Positions 52,010 through 64,000 of a DNA stretch of 64,000 bases are shown here, piece by piece (positions within the stretch are counted from its first letter, which is position 1; every line of letters begins with the position of its first letter). The stretch lies in contig OZ024753.1 in NCBI GenBank assembly GCA_964016885.1, forward strand, positions 5,394,001 to 5,458,000, given 5' to 3'. Under the pieces are notes generated by a model, which was not told the DNA's origin, did no database searches, and worked only from the letters and a program-made list of their open reading frames with translations. The DNA comes from Eledone cirrhosa (lineage: Eukaryota). The position numbers were made by a program, and so were the translations under genes.

Positions 52010-55000
52010 TATGCCTGCGCACGGTAGTGGGGTGGCTAGTGAGACCATGTGTGAGAACCCCACGACCGTCATCAAGCAATCACACAACAGGAAAAAGAAT
52101 GAGATGTTGCATCTCAGAGTTGCCACAGTTAATGTTGGCACTCTAACAGGTAGATCTGGTGAGATAGTGGAGATGCTGGAGAGAAGGCATGTGGATGCGT
52201 GCTGTCTGCAAGAAGTGAGATGGAGAAGTGCCTCTGCAAGACTAATCGCAGGCAAACATTGTAGTTATAAGCTTTTCTGGGTGGGTAATGATGATGGGTT
52301 AGGTGGGGGTGGGCATATTACTGGCTGAGAGGTGGATCAGTAAGACAATAGGGGTAGTTAGAGTTAGTGATAGAATAATTAAGCTTAGATTAGTTGTAGG
52401 CAAGAGACTACTGACAATCATCTCTGCCTATGTTCCCCAGGCAGGCCTAGGTAAAGAAGAGAAAGACGGCTTTTATGAGCAACTTTTACAAACAGCCTCA
52501 ATGACAGAGGACAGAGACATCGTTATGCTAGCAGGGGACTTCAATGGACATGTTGGACAGCTCCAGGATGGATATACAGGGGTACATGGTGGGCACGGTT
52601 ACGGCTCAAGAAATGAAGAAGGAGTGAGGCTTCTTGAATTTTGTGATGCAAATGCACTAACCATTTGCAACACTAACTTCCAGAAGCCTACCAACCACCT
52701 AATAACCTACAAATCAGGCAAGCACATAAGCCAGATTGACTTCTTGCTAGTTAGACAGCAAGACAGACAGATTGTGTCAAATACTAAGGCATACCCTGGG
52801 GAAGAATGTAACCCACAGCATAGGTTAGTTGTTAGTGACATCTCAGTAAGCATGAGAAAGAATGAGACATACAGGAAGGTGTGGAAAAGAAAGGTCTGGA
52901 AGCTAAAAGACCTTTCATTAAAATATAAATTTATCAAAGCCCTTCAAGACGTGTATGACGAAAAAGAAGACGATTTAGAGTTGTATGACATAGATGATAA
53001 CTGGACTTTCTTACGTGACAACTTACGGCAGGCTACTGAAAAAACTTGTGGTTGGGGCAGAGCTTCAACCAGAGAAGAGAGTGACCTGGTGGTGGAACAG
53101 CATGGTAGATAGAGCCATTAGAGACAAAAGACTGGCATGGAAGGCTTGGAAAAATGGTGGGAGTAGGGAAGGATACACAGCTACTAGGAGAGAAGCTAGA
53201 CGTCAGGTGTACTCAGCACGCAGGGAGGATGAGAGTAGGAGGTTTGCTAATGTTCTGCAACGGGAAGATCAGAGACGTGCGGTGGTTCCGTATTGCAAGG
53301 CAGTGTGTCAGTGCAAATCAGGATGTTGTTGGAGATAAATGTGTCCGGAATGATGCCGGTGTACTTAGTGTCATGAATAATCAAAAAAATGAGGCTTGAA
53401 AATGTCACTATGAGAGACTGATGAATGTGGAGAATGAATGGGACAGAGAGAAATTACCCCCAGTAGACCCAACAGAGGGACCAGCTATTGAGATTATCAA
53501 ATATAGGGTACAAGAGGCAATTAAAGAAATGAAGAATGGTAAGGCTGCTGGACTGTCGGGGATAGTTGCTGAAATGCTGAAGGCATCAGGTGAAGTAGGC
53601 ATTAAACTGGTTGCACGCATCATCAATCAAGCTATATATGGTGGTGTCATACCCAAAGACTGGTGCAGCAGTATTCTCATTAATTGCTACAAAGATAAAG
53701 GGGATGCTCTAGAGAGGAGCAATTATAGGGGCATAAAGCTGATGGATCAGGTTATGAAAGTAGCAGAGAGAATATTAGCGCAACTGATTAGAGAAAGGGT
53801 CAAATTAAATGAGATGCAGTTTGGTTTTGTGCCTCGGAAAAGTACAACAGATGCTCTCTTCTTAGTGAGGCAACTACAAGAGAGGTTCTTAGAGAAGAAT
53901 ATGCCACTATACTTAGCTTTTGTTAACCTAGAGAAGGCCTTTGATAGGGTACCCCGATCTGTCATCTCGTGGTCCCTAAGGAAACTAGGTGTAGAGGAAT
54001 GGCTTGTGAGGGCAGTGCAAGCTATGTACAGAGGTGCTGTCAGTAAAGTGAGAGTAGGTATGGAGTTTAGTGAGGAATTCCAGATACAAGTAGGAGTACA
54101 TCAGGGTTCGGTCCTCAGCCCGCTCTTGTTCATTATAGTCCTCCAAGCCATAACAGAGGAGTTTAAGACTGGCTGCCCATGGGAACTTCTCTATGCTGAT
54201 GATCTGGCTCTTATAGCAGAATCAGTAGAGGAGCTAGAGAATATATTCTGGCTATGGAAACAGCAGTTGGAATCAAGAGGACTGAGAGTGAACATAGCTA
54301 AGACAAAAGTGTTGATAAGTAGAAAAGAGGACAAAACTCTGATTCCATCAGGGAAATGGCCATGTTCGATATGTAGAAAAGGAACTGGCATAAATTCCAT
54401 AAAATGTACGCAATGCAGATCTTGGGTACACAAGAGATGTAGTGGGATAGCAGGGAAACTAACAGGTAGGGAAAACTATGTATGCAGTAAATGTACAGGG
54501 AAAGTTGGCAGTATTAATTGCAGTGATAGACACATTTTTTTCCAATGCAGGTGGGTTCTATAGAAGTGGTTGATAGCTTCTGGTACCTAGGTGATCAGAT
54601 TAGCATTTGGGGGGGGGGGGGGGGTTCCAAGGCCATAGTATCTAGAATAAGGACGGGTTGGAAGAAGTTTAAGGAGCTGCTTCCTTTGTTGACAAAGAAG
54701 GGTTTCTCCCTGTATACGAAAGGACGGTTATATGATGCCTGTGTGAGATGCGCAATGCTGCATTGTAGTGAGACATAGGCGGTAACTGCAGAGGAAATGC
54801 GACGGCTGGAGAGAAATGAAGCAAGTATGCTCCGTTGGATGTGCAATGTCAATATCCGTGAACGACCAAGCATGGATGAGTTGAGAAAGAAACTGAGTAT
54901 AAGAGGGATAAGTTGTGTGCAGGAGAGAAGGCTGAGATGGTTTGGACATGTGATGCGCATGGAGGATGACCGCTGGGTAAAGAAGTGCCAAGAAATCCCA

Positions 55001-55182
55001 GTAGAAGGAAGATGCAGTAGAGGTAGCATGAAAAACATGGGCGGAGGTGGTGAGAGCAGACCTCAGATCACTGAAACTCACCGAGGAGATGACGAAGGAC
55101 CGTCACAAGTGAAGAGATGCTGAATAGGACCCATCCAACCCTTACAAGCAGGGAAAAGCGGACGTAAAATGATGATGATGAT
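52010..55182 (+). mobile_element. Near full-length RTE LINE (APE endonuclease, RT, PHD-like finger), inactivated by frameshifts and stops
   Basis: TVNVGTL, LQEVRW, GDFNGH, SQIDF and QHRLV (APE); QFGF, QGS and YADD (RT); (GAT)n tail ending about 55182. Confidence 0.95.
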
Positions 55183-55189
55183 ATATATA

Positions 55190-55221
<32 letters not shown>

Positions 55222-56156
55222 CATATATATACACACACACACATATACGTGGAGTAAAGTTCCAGCCAAAAGGTGACCTGATAGTCAAACAACACAGAGG
55301 AGTAAAGCTCCAGACAGAAGGTGACCTGGTGATCAAACAACACTGTGAATAGAGCCGTTAAAGAAAAGCATCACGTATACTGGGGCAGGGGCAGTTGAAT
55401 AAATCAACACCAATACATGCTTGGTACTTTAACCCTTGAGCATTCACATTACTCTATATTTACTATATTTTCGTGGTAAAGGCTTTATCTCACATAATTA
55501 TCACACATAATATCGAATCTATGAGATTTTGATATTATTTATTTTGAGAACAATACCTTAATGTTGGTATGAGTGGCTGGTTACGGCCAGTTTGAACAGA
55601 GAGAGTTGAGAGACTTCTGGCTGGATATGGCTAGTTTAAATGCCTTTCGTTATTATATATTTAATAAAAGACACTGCCTATGGTTTTCAACTAACTTAGA
55701 ACTTGGATAGATTTAGTAATATAGCTATACTTTTCTAAACAGGAAAAAAGAGTAAAAACTAAAGACAAAATTAACCTCAGTGGATTTAACGTTGGAAAGT
55801 ATGTAAGAAAAAAAATACTAATAGATAAATATTATGCAAAATGCAAGCTTTTTTAAACATGCCACATGTACAAAAAAGAATTCCCGACTCTAATAGGGAA
55901 ATGTCAACACAATAATGTAACAAGCAGTCTAAGTAGTTTCCTGGGCACTACTGGAATATTTTCACAACTAGTAACACAGCATTTGAAATCCATTAAATAC
56001 TGCCTTCCTTATGAAACAAGTGATGGTATTTCAAAAATGTGTTTTTTGATATTTAATTACTACTTTCTCTCTCATATATGTGTGCGTGTGTGTGCAATAT
56101 GTATATTATATACATATATATTGTATATATATATATATATATATATACACATCTGT

Positions 56157-56201
<45 letters not shown>

Positions 56202-57795
56202 TGCATATATATATATATATATATACATATATATCATCATCATCATCATTTAACATCCGTCTTTCACGCTAGCATGGCCTATTAACTTTTCAGCCAACCG
56301 TTGTATGAATGTTATCATTTGTTTTATCATTCTATAGGTTTAGAGAACAAAAGTTTTTTTTCCCACCTGAATGCTTTTTGTAATGACTCTTTAGTTACTA
56401 ACCCAGTTAAAAGTGGCTCTGGTTCTATGAAATAAAACCACCCATTTTAAATGTTTCCAATTTAAATTAAAATCTTCTCACATAATTCTATATAAGAACC
56501 TTACATTAAGTTACTTAGTAATGAAATCTATATATAGATAAAATTCTTTGTGATGTGGTGGGAGTTAGGATGGGGAATCTAACCATAGAAGACCAAGCCA
56601 AATGTAAACATGAGCAAGACAGAGTTACCTGACCTGTCTGACCTCATAATAACAGCCTGTCTAATCCATGTAAGCCTAGAAAATAGCCAATAACCCAGGG
56701 TTAAAGTGATAATGATATGATAAAAGGTGAAAGTTCTAAATAACAACAGACAGCTATGTCAATCAACAAAGTGAACCAGATAGATATGTCACTAATTACA
56801 GAAGTGAAAAGTCCAACACTCCAACCCCACATCTGCCATTTTCAGATGCACACCTAGGCTGCTAACCTAACACCTATGTTCCAACATGGTGGTAATCTAT
56901 GTGGTTGCTTGGCCTGCTAAAAATAGCAGTCAAATCTCCCTCAGATTACACGTCTTCAAAAAAAAAAAAAGACACAGGCCGATATTGCAACCTTAGATAC
57001 ACAATACCCAAAGAAAACAAAATGAAAAAGATGAGCTGCTCATGGCAAGAATACTAGTTTAGAGATGACATGTGGAAAAACTACATGTACAATATTTGTT
57101 TTCCATATCTTTGGAAAAGGGTCTTGCTTCAAAAGTTAGAAATCATCTCTTTCCACATCCTGGTTTTTAATTGATAAATTGTATCACTGTGTCGTAAAAA
57201 AAAAAAATGGCCACCATTAGGAAGACTATCAGTTTGTAAATCATTGCTTCAAAAAGACATATCCAATTAATTTGGGGGTTGGGATGGGTGGAACTAATTA
57301 GACCCCCCACCCCCAGTATTTGACAAGTGTCAGACAGTAAAACAAAAAGATCTATCCAACCCATACCAGTACGGAAAAGCTGACATAAAAACGATGATGA
57401 TGGTGGTGATGATAATATTGGTGGGGCAGGACAAGTGGAAGTGATGAGATCAACTGCCAGTACCTGACTGGTACTCTATTTTACCAACCACAGTAGGTCA
57501 ACTCTGGTAGAATTTGAACACAAGATCTTGCTAAATATTGCAAGGTATATTGTTAAACAGCAACAATGCTTTCTAATCAACATATATCAGTCCCAATAGA
57601 TGATAACACATCTCTCAAAGAAATGAAGAAAATAACTAAATGTCAAGGAAGTAGAGAAAACCTGAATGGAGATAATGAAAACAGAAATAACTCCTTTAAT
57701 AATATATAGGTTTTCTGAATATGATAAATAGACACATACAGAACCAAAGCCTCAGGACTTACAAATAAATACAGTGGAACCTCAGTTCAGAAACA

Positions 57796-57833
<38 letters not shown>

Positions 57834-57846
57834 TAGAGAGAGAGAG

Positions 57847-57898
<52 letters not shown>

Positions 57899-60690
57899 CG
57901 TGCGTGCGTGAAAGACATATATAATGCTCCAGTCCACTAATCTGGCAAAAATGAGTTGCTCCTGTAATTTCAACGGTCCAGCCTTGGCACACACTGTGTC
58001 ATGAAGAATCCACCCCGACCCCTGAGAACTACATTAACCCTTCAGCATTTACATTACTCTATATTTACTATTGTATTGTCATGGTAAAGGCTTTATCTCA
58101 CATAATATCGAATCTATGAGATTTTGATATTATTTATTTCAAGAACAATACCTTAATATTGATATGAGTGGATGATTACAGCTGGTTTGAACGGAAAGAG
58201 GTGAGAGAAATCTGGCCAGCTGACAGCTGGTTTAATCCTTTAGTATTTACATTATATTATTGTATTTTCACGGTAAAGGCTTTATCTCATATAATATTGA
58301 ATCTATGAGACTTTGATATTATTTGATATGGCCTGTTTAAATGAGTCAGGGGCCAGCCACATATGTTTGTGGAATACACAGTGGCTTTGATGTTAATTTT
58401 ACAAGCAGGTTCTGTTCTTTCAAAATATTGGGACACTCATTGTCAAAACTGACAAAAGTCCAATAAATAGATAGAAAAGACATGCTCAATAATTTAACGA
58501 TCTTCATAACAGCCAGCCAGGTTAGTTCAGAAATGCAGCTGTTAACAATGCCATATTTGATTGTTAAACTATATGACTGTTTGCATATACACGTCTATAT
58601 ACATGTATATGTGTATAAATATGTATGTATGTATGTGTATATATGTCTGTACACATGTGTATAAATTTGTGTGTATACATATGTGTATGTGTATATATGA
58701 CTGTATAGATGTATATCATCATCAATTTACGTTTATCTTCCACGCTAGTATGGGTTAGACGGGTTTGTACCATTTAAAGGTAAGTTGAGCCAGGTGACCA
58801 TGTCTCAGTCATATAGGAGAGTTTCTGGCTGGTTTTCTATGGCTGGATGCCCATCCTAATGCCAACCACATTGACAGTGTGTGTATACATGTGTGCAAGT
58901 ACACATATCTATGTAAACGTTTGTAGATATGTGCATATACATAGATCATCATCATCATCGTTTAACGTCCATGTTCCACGCTTGCATGGGTTTGGACGGG
59001 AGTTTTCCCACTTGGGGCAAGAGTGGTTGTTTTGCTCGCATAGGACTGTCTGGCGGGTTTTCTACAGCTGGATGCCCTTCCTAACACCAACCACATTTAC
59101 AGTGTGGGACTGGGAGGTTTTTACCGTGTTGCCTACACGGCCACATTACAGCGTGGACTGTGTTTTTTTGTTGTGACACCTACACGATCTCATATGTATG
59201 AGTATGTGTGCGTATGTATAAATATATATGCACGTGTGTACATATACAGCCCACAAGTGTTTTAAAACACTTTTCTCTGCTAAAACAGGGGTTAGCCATG
59301 CAGTCTCCATGAATGGCTTCATATTCATCATAATCCTTTTTCAGTTAATATTTTACAGTCGGATGCCCTTCTCGGCACTAACCCTGTAATCTTTGGATGC
59401 CTCTTAGGGTATGCAAGGACACAGTGTACCTATCATATACAGTTATACATATGTGTATGTGAAAAAGTAAAAAATCTGAAAAATTAATAAGCAGGTGGTG
59501 GGGGTTAATTGAGACCCCAAAATACATATTACACGTCAAATTCCGTTATAACGAAATTCACTAGGCTATAAAAAAAAAATTGTTGTAACAAAAAATTCTT
59601 TATAACGCAATCGACTGAAACAAATTGAGAGATTGTTTATTACCTCAGAGAATGAAACAAATTTTGTTATACTGAAAAATTTGTTATAATGGAATTTTAC
59701 CTGTATATATATGTAATTCTTAGACATCTACCACCTTCACCATCACCCAACCCTGTTGCTTTTCATCATTCACACATCCTTGCCCCTTCCTTAGCATGAT
59801 TAATTTCTATTGCTCCCTCTTCATCTTGCACATGTAACTGCTTCCCCTACCAACAACCAGCATGTAGCTGTCACTCTCTTCCCTATTACTCCTTCCCCTG
59901 CCCACCTATCTCAGTTTCCCCTATTACCCTTATTTTCATATTCATACATAAGCAAGATGCAGATTCCTAGTCTGTCTGGGAGGTCAGTAGTCTCACTTCA
60001 GTATTGATTTGGTCTATGTAGACCTGTCCAACCCTTGCTACCAGGGAAAGATGTTCAAATGATGACGATGATGATGATTCATACTCTCTCATCTTTCACT
60101 CTCTTGGTCACATTTGCTTTGAAAGAACAAAGACAATGTAGAGTAGTTATGCTTCTCTAACACTTAACATCATGTAGCAGAAAATATTTCCCTTTCCATA
60201 CACCCTGTTATGCCCTAACACCCCACCCTTTTCCTATGCCGTTACGCCCCTGCCCTAGTACACGCTGTGAAGTGGCCATGTAGGTATCACAACAAAAAGC
60301 ACCCAGCCCACACTGTAAAGTGGTTGTGTAGATGTCACAACAAAAAGTACCAAGCCCACACAGTAAAGTGATTGTGTAGATATCATGACAAAAAAACACC
60401 TGACCCGACTTGCCTCAAATGGGACAACCTGCCTAACCCATGCTAGCATGGAAAATAGATGTTAAACGATGACAATGTTTGAAGATTCAATTGTTTATAA
60501 TATCTTTACCTGTACACCGATTGTTGTGAAAATTTGGACAAAAGTGAAAAGTTTAATTTTTCAATGAGATGCAATTATAGTCTGGTGTGTTGCCAATACG
60601 ATTTTATGCAGGACAGGATGTTGAGAGTTAAGCTAGCAGGGGACAAGACAACCCCTCTGATGTTAATGCTGCAATAAAATGCACCTAGTG

Positions 60691-61348
60691 CATAATCTCA
60701 ACTGTAAAGTGTCCATAATCTCAACTGGCTATACTTCATATGTCCATAATCTCAACTGGCTATACTTCATATGTCCATAATCTCAACTGGCTATACTTCA
60801 TATGTCCATAATCTCAACTGGCTATACTTCATATGTCCATATTTCTAATCTCAACTGGCTATACTTCATATATCCATATGTCCATAATCTCAACTGGCTA
60901 TACTTCATATGTCCATATGTCCATAATCTCAACTGGCTATACTTCATATATCCATATGTCCATAATCTCAACTGGCTATACTTCATATGTCCATATGTCC
61001 ATAATCTCAACTGGCTATACTTCATATGTCCATATGTCCATAATCTCAACTGGCTATACTTCATATATCCATATGTCCATAATCTCAACTGGCTATACTT
61101 CATATATCCATATGTCCATAATCTCAACTGGCTATACTTCATATATCCATATGTCCATAATCTCAACTGGCTATACTTCATATATCCATATGTCCATAAT
61201 CTCAACTGGCTATACTTCATATATCCATATGTCCATAATCTCAACTGGCTATACTTCATATATCCATATGTCCATAATCTCAACTGGCTATACTTCATAT
61301 ATCCATATGTCCATAATCTCAACTGGCTATACTTCATATGTCCATATT
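60691..61348. repeat. Minisatellite with a 31-bp unit switching to a 39-bp unit (CATAATCTCAACTGGCTATACTTCATAT[ATCCATAT]GTC)
   Basis: Direct tandem array; the 8-bp internal duplication appears after about 60840. Confidence 0.95.
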
Positions 61349-61513
61349 TCTAGTTACTAGGCAGAAAGGATGCTGCCTTGAGGTCTCTTCTACCCCAGCC
61401 ATATGGTAGATAGATAGGCTAGTTCCACCATATTGTTGTTAGTAGACAACTTAACACATAGCCTAAGCAATCGATTACTGTTTATACTCAAATATAAGCT
61501 GAGCAATATGTAA

Positions 61514-61548
<35 letters not shown>

Positions 61549-63516
61549 ATGGTAAAATGTTGATTAGCTGTCTCAGTTTATAAATGGGGTTGGTTTGGAT
61601 TTTTGCCTATTTCTCAGACATAAAATAGGTGCGAACCCCACAATGTAGAATGGCTGTTCCAGCGAGTCTCCCTTGTCACCCTCCGAGCAATGTATTTTCT
61701 ATCCTGTCAGCCGGAGCCAAGAGGTGGAGGCGTAGAATACGCATTTGGACATCACACATACTCAACCCATTACCTCCATATTCTTGATTATTTTCAAAAT
61801 GATTTGGAAATCATAGGCTGTGCCTTTCATTAGAAACACTGTAGTGAAGGATTAAAGTACAGGCTGGGGGAGGGAGGAGGATGTCAGATAGAGAGATAAC
61901 CACACAAACTCAGAGAAAAGAGAGTAAAACTAAGAGAATAGACAGAGGGAACAATCTACTAATATAATAGCCTTGCCCTTCACACACTAGAGATGACTGA
62001 GGAAGGAAGGGGTGATTATGTCGACTGAGGAAGGAAGGGGTGATTACATCAACTGAAGAAGGAAGGAGTGTCTAATACACACACATCTATGTGATGACCG
62101 AGGAAGGAGAGATGAGAATCTATAGAAGTCCAGCATTCTAAGATTTGTCACAGCTGTGTGTTTGTATGTTTGTATCACTTGTGTGAGTGAGTGCGAACGA
62201 ACGAACTGATCAACAAGTATCTTTTTATATTATGTATAGATATTACAATTAGTCCTTATTTTTTACAGTATGAGGCCAGCTAGTATAACATAAATCAAAT
62301 GTATACTGAAAGTTGGTTTTATCTCTGCAACTGAAAACCAGAATAAATTAATTACAATATCTACACTGACAGTTGCTGTTAGAAACAGCCACCAAATCTC
62401 ATTGAAATCATATCCTACTGTATTAAAAAAAGAACACATTGAATGGTTTCGGGTACACTGTTACACCCTTCTTGGAAAAAAAAAAAAAGGGTGGAAAATC
62501 TTGATTTGACTATCTCTGATCATAGGTCTGCTCAGTCAAAGCTGGGCTGCAGATGGAGATAAATCCAAATCCTTCTCACTCCTGTTGGAGGAAACCCTCC
62601 TCGCCCTTTGGTTGATCTCCACTGCTTCGTATCTCTGGCCATACTGGGCCATGTGTGGGCCGAGGTATCAATTTAGAGATAAATAATAACAACAAAAACA
62701 AGAACAAACACCTAACCCTAATAGGGACCACATGGGAGAGTAACCTTTTAGCATTTACATTACTCTATATGTACTATTGTATTTTTTAGGTAAAGGCTTT
62801 ATCTTACATAAATATCTCACATAATATCGAATCGATGAGATTATGATGTTACTTATTTTGAGAACAATACCTTAATGTCAGTATGAGTGGCCAGTTAAGG
62901 CCGGTTTGAAAAGAAAGAGATGAGAGAATTCTGGATGGATAGAGCCAGTTTAAACCTTTAGTATTTGCATTACTCTACATATACTATTGTATTTTCATGG
63001 TAAAGGCTTTATCTAACATAATATCGAATCTGAGATTTTGATATTTATTTTGAGAACAATACCTTAACATCAGTAGCTGGTTATAGCCAGTTTGAACAGA
63101 AAGAGATGAAAGAATTCTGGCTGGATAAGGCTGGTTTAAATGCTAAAAGGTTAAACAATTACACATTCACTGTTGAAACTGATGGAGAACTCTTCATCTT
63201 AGATGGAGTATCTTTCAATTAAGAGTAAGGAAAGTATACAAATATGTAGTTCATTTGACTTTTTTTTTATTTTGAAACATCTGATAAAAAAAATAACAAA
63301 AAAGTCAAGAAACCAATTCAAACAAACAACACACAACAGCCCCCCCCCCCTCCTCCACTGGCATTAATTTTATGCAGTTATTCATTCGAATAATTAACAT
63401 ATTTTTAGTTTGACATTCAACAGAAACGAGTTACCTACTTGAGATAATGCTGAATATATTAAATGAAATAATAATATACTAATATATATACCATTGTGTA
63501 TTTGTCCGTCACACAC

Positions 63517-64000
63517 TGGAGATGATAATGTCGACTGAGGAAGGAAGAGATGATAATGTCGACTGAGGAAGGAAGGGGTGATAATGTATACTGAGGAAGG
63601 AAGCGGTGATTATGTTGACTGAGGAAGGAAGGGGTGATAATGTATACTGAGGAAGGAAGCGGTGATTATGTTGACTGAGGAAGGAAGGGGTGATAATGTA
63701 TACTGAGGAAGGAAGAGGTGATAATGTATACTGAGGAAGGAAGGGGTGATAATGTCGACTGAGGAAGGAAGGGGTGATAATGTCGACTGAGGAAGGAAGA
63801 GATGATAATGTCGACTGAGGAAGGAAGAGGTGATAATGTATACTGAGGAAGGAAGAGGTGATAATGTAGACTGAGGAAGGAACCGGTGACTATGTCGACT
63901 GAGGAAGGAAGGGGTGATAATGTATACTGAGGAAGGAAGAGGTGATAATGTCGACTGAGGAAGGAAGAGGTGATAATGTATACTGAGGAAGGAAGGGGTG
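63517..64000. repeat. Purine-rich minisatellite with 28-bp unit (TGATAATGTCGACTGAGGAAGGAAGGGG), running off the window; short related array at about 61990-62112
   Basis: Direct tandem array. Confidence 0.95.

Noticed and set aside
52010-55182. Active LINE
   Set aside because: Multiple frameshifts (about 52305, 53075, 53280, 54540) and in-frame stops.
60802-61360. 170-180-aa repetitive ORFs
   Set aside because: Artefact of the 39-bp tandem unit.
61772-61840. Possible 5' UTR exon (ACTACAG acceptor, GAG/GTAATG donor) on the - strand
   Set aside because: Splice-like signals only, overlapping repeat-like sequence; cannot be supported without transcript data.
62570-62670. Possible upstream SLC35A4 exon or microprotein on the - strand
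   Set aside because: Reads like a LINE C-terminal scrap (W..MARD..QWR); no resemblance to the SLC35A4 uORF protein and no convincing splice sites.

Overview
AT-rich, microsatellite-dense animal genomic DNA; the SINE and RTE-LINE content suggests a cephalopod, probably an octopus (inference). Four protein-coding genes are supported. Two are tandem, intronless paralogues encoding stand-alone NHL-like beta-propellers (6522-7385 and 10381-11247, +). One is a 3-exon ATP synthase subunit g gene (ATP5MG/ATP5L, 13309-16142, +) with a compact ETS/CRE/ERR/NRF1/YY1-like promoter. One is a convergent 10-exon SLC35A4-like nucleotide-sugar transporter (44421 to 23584, -; about 334 aa; first exon tentative). 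The rest is mobile DNA: RTE LINEs carrying a C4HC3 PHD-like finger inside the RT region (including a back-to-back pair forming a ~2.4-kb inverted repeat), tRNA-derived SINEs, a TTAA/piggyBac-type MITE family, mariner- and hAT-type MITEs, Penelope GIY-YIG remnants and minisatellites, three of which appear to have expanded from inside SINEs. The most striking unexplained structure is a recurring class of short fold-back inserts, often beside (TA)n tracts, that carry type I hammerhead ribozyme cores. The best examples are 37512-37598 and a perfect 174-bp-arm palindrome at 21579-21931. These most likely derive from Penelope-like pLTRs or retrozyme-like elements. All calls were made by eye, without database searches.
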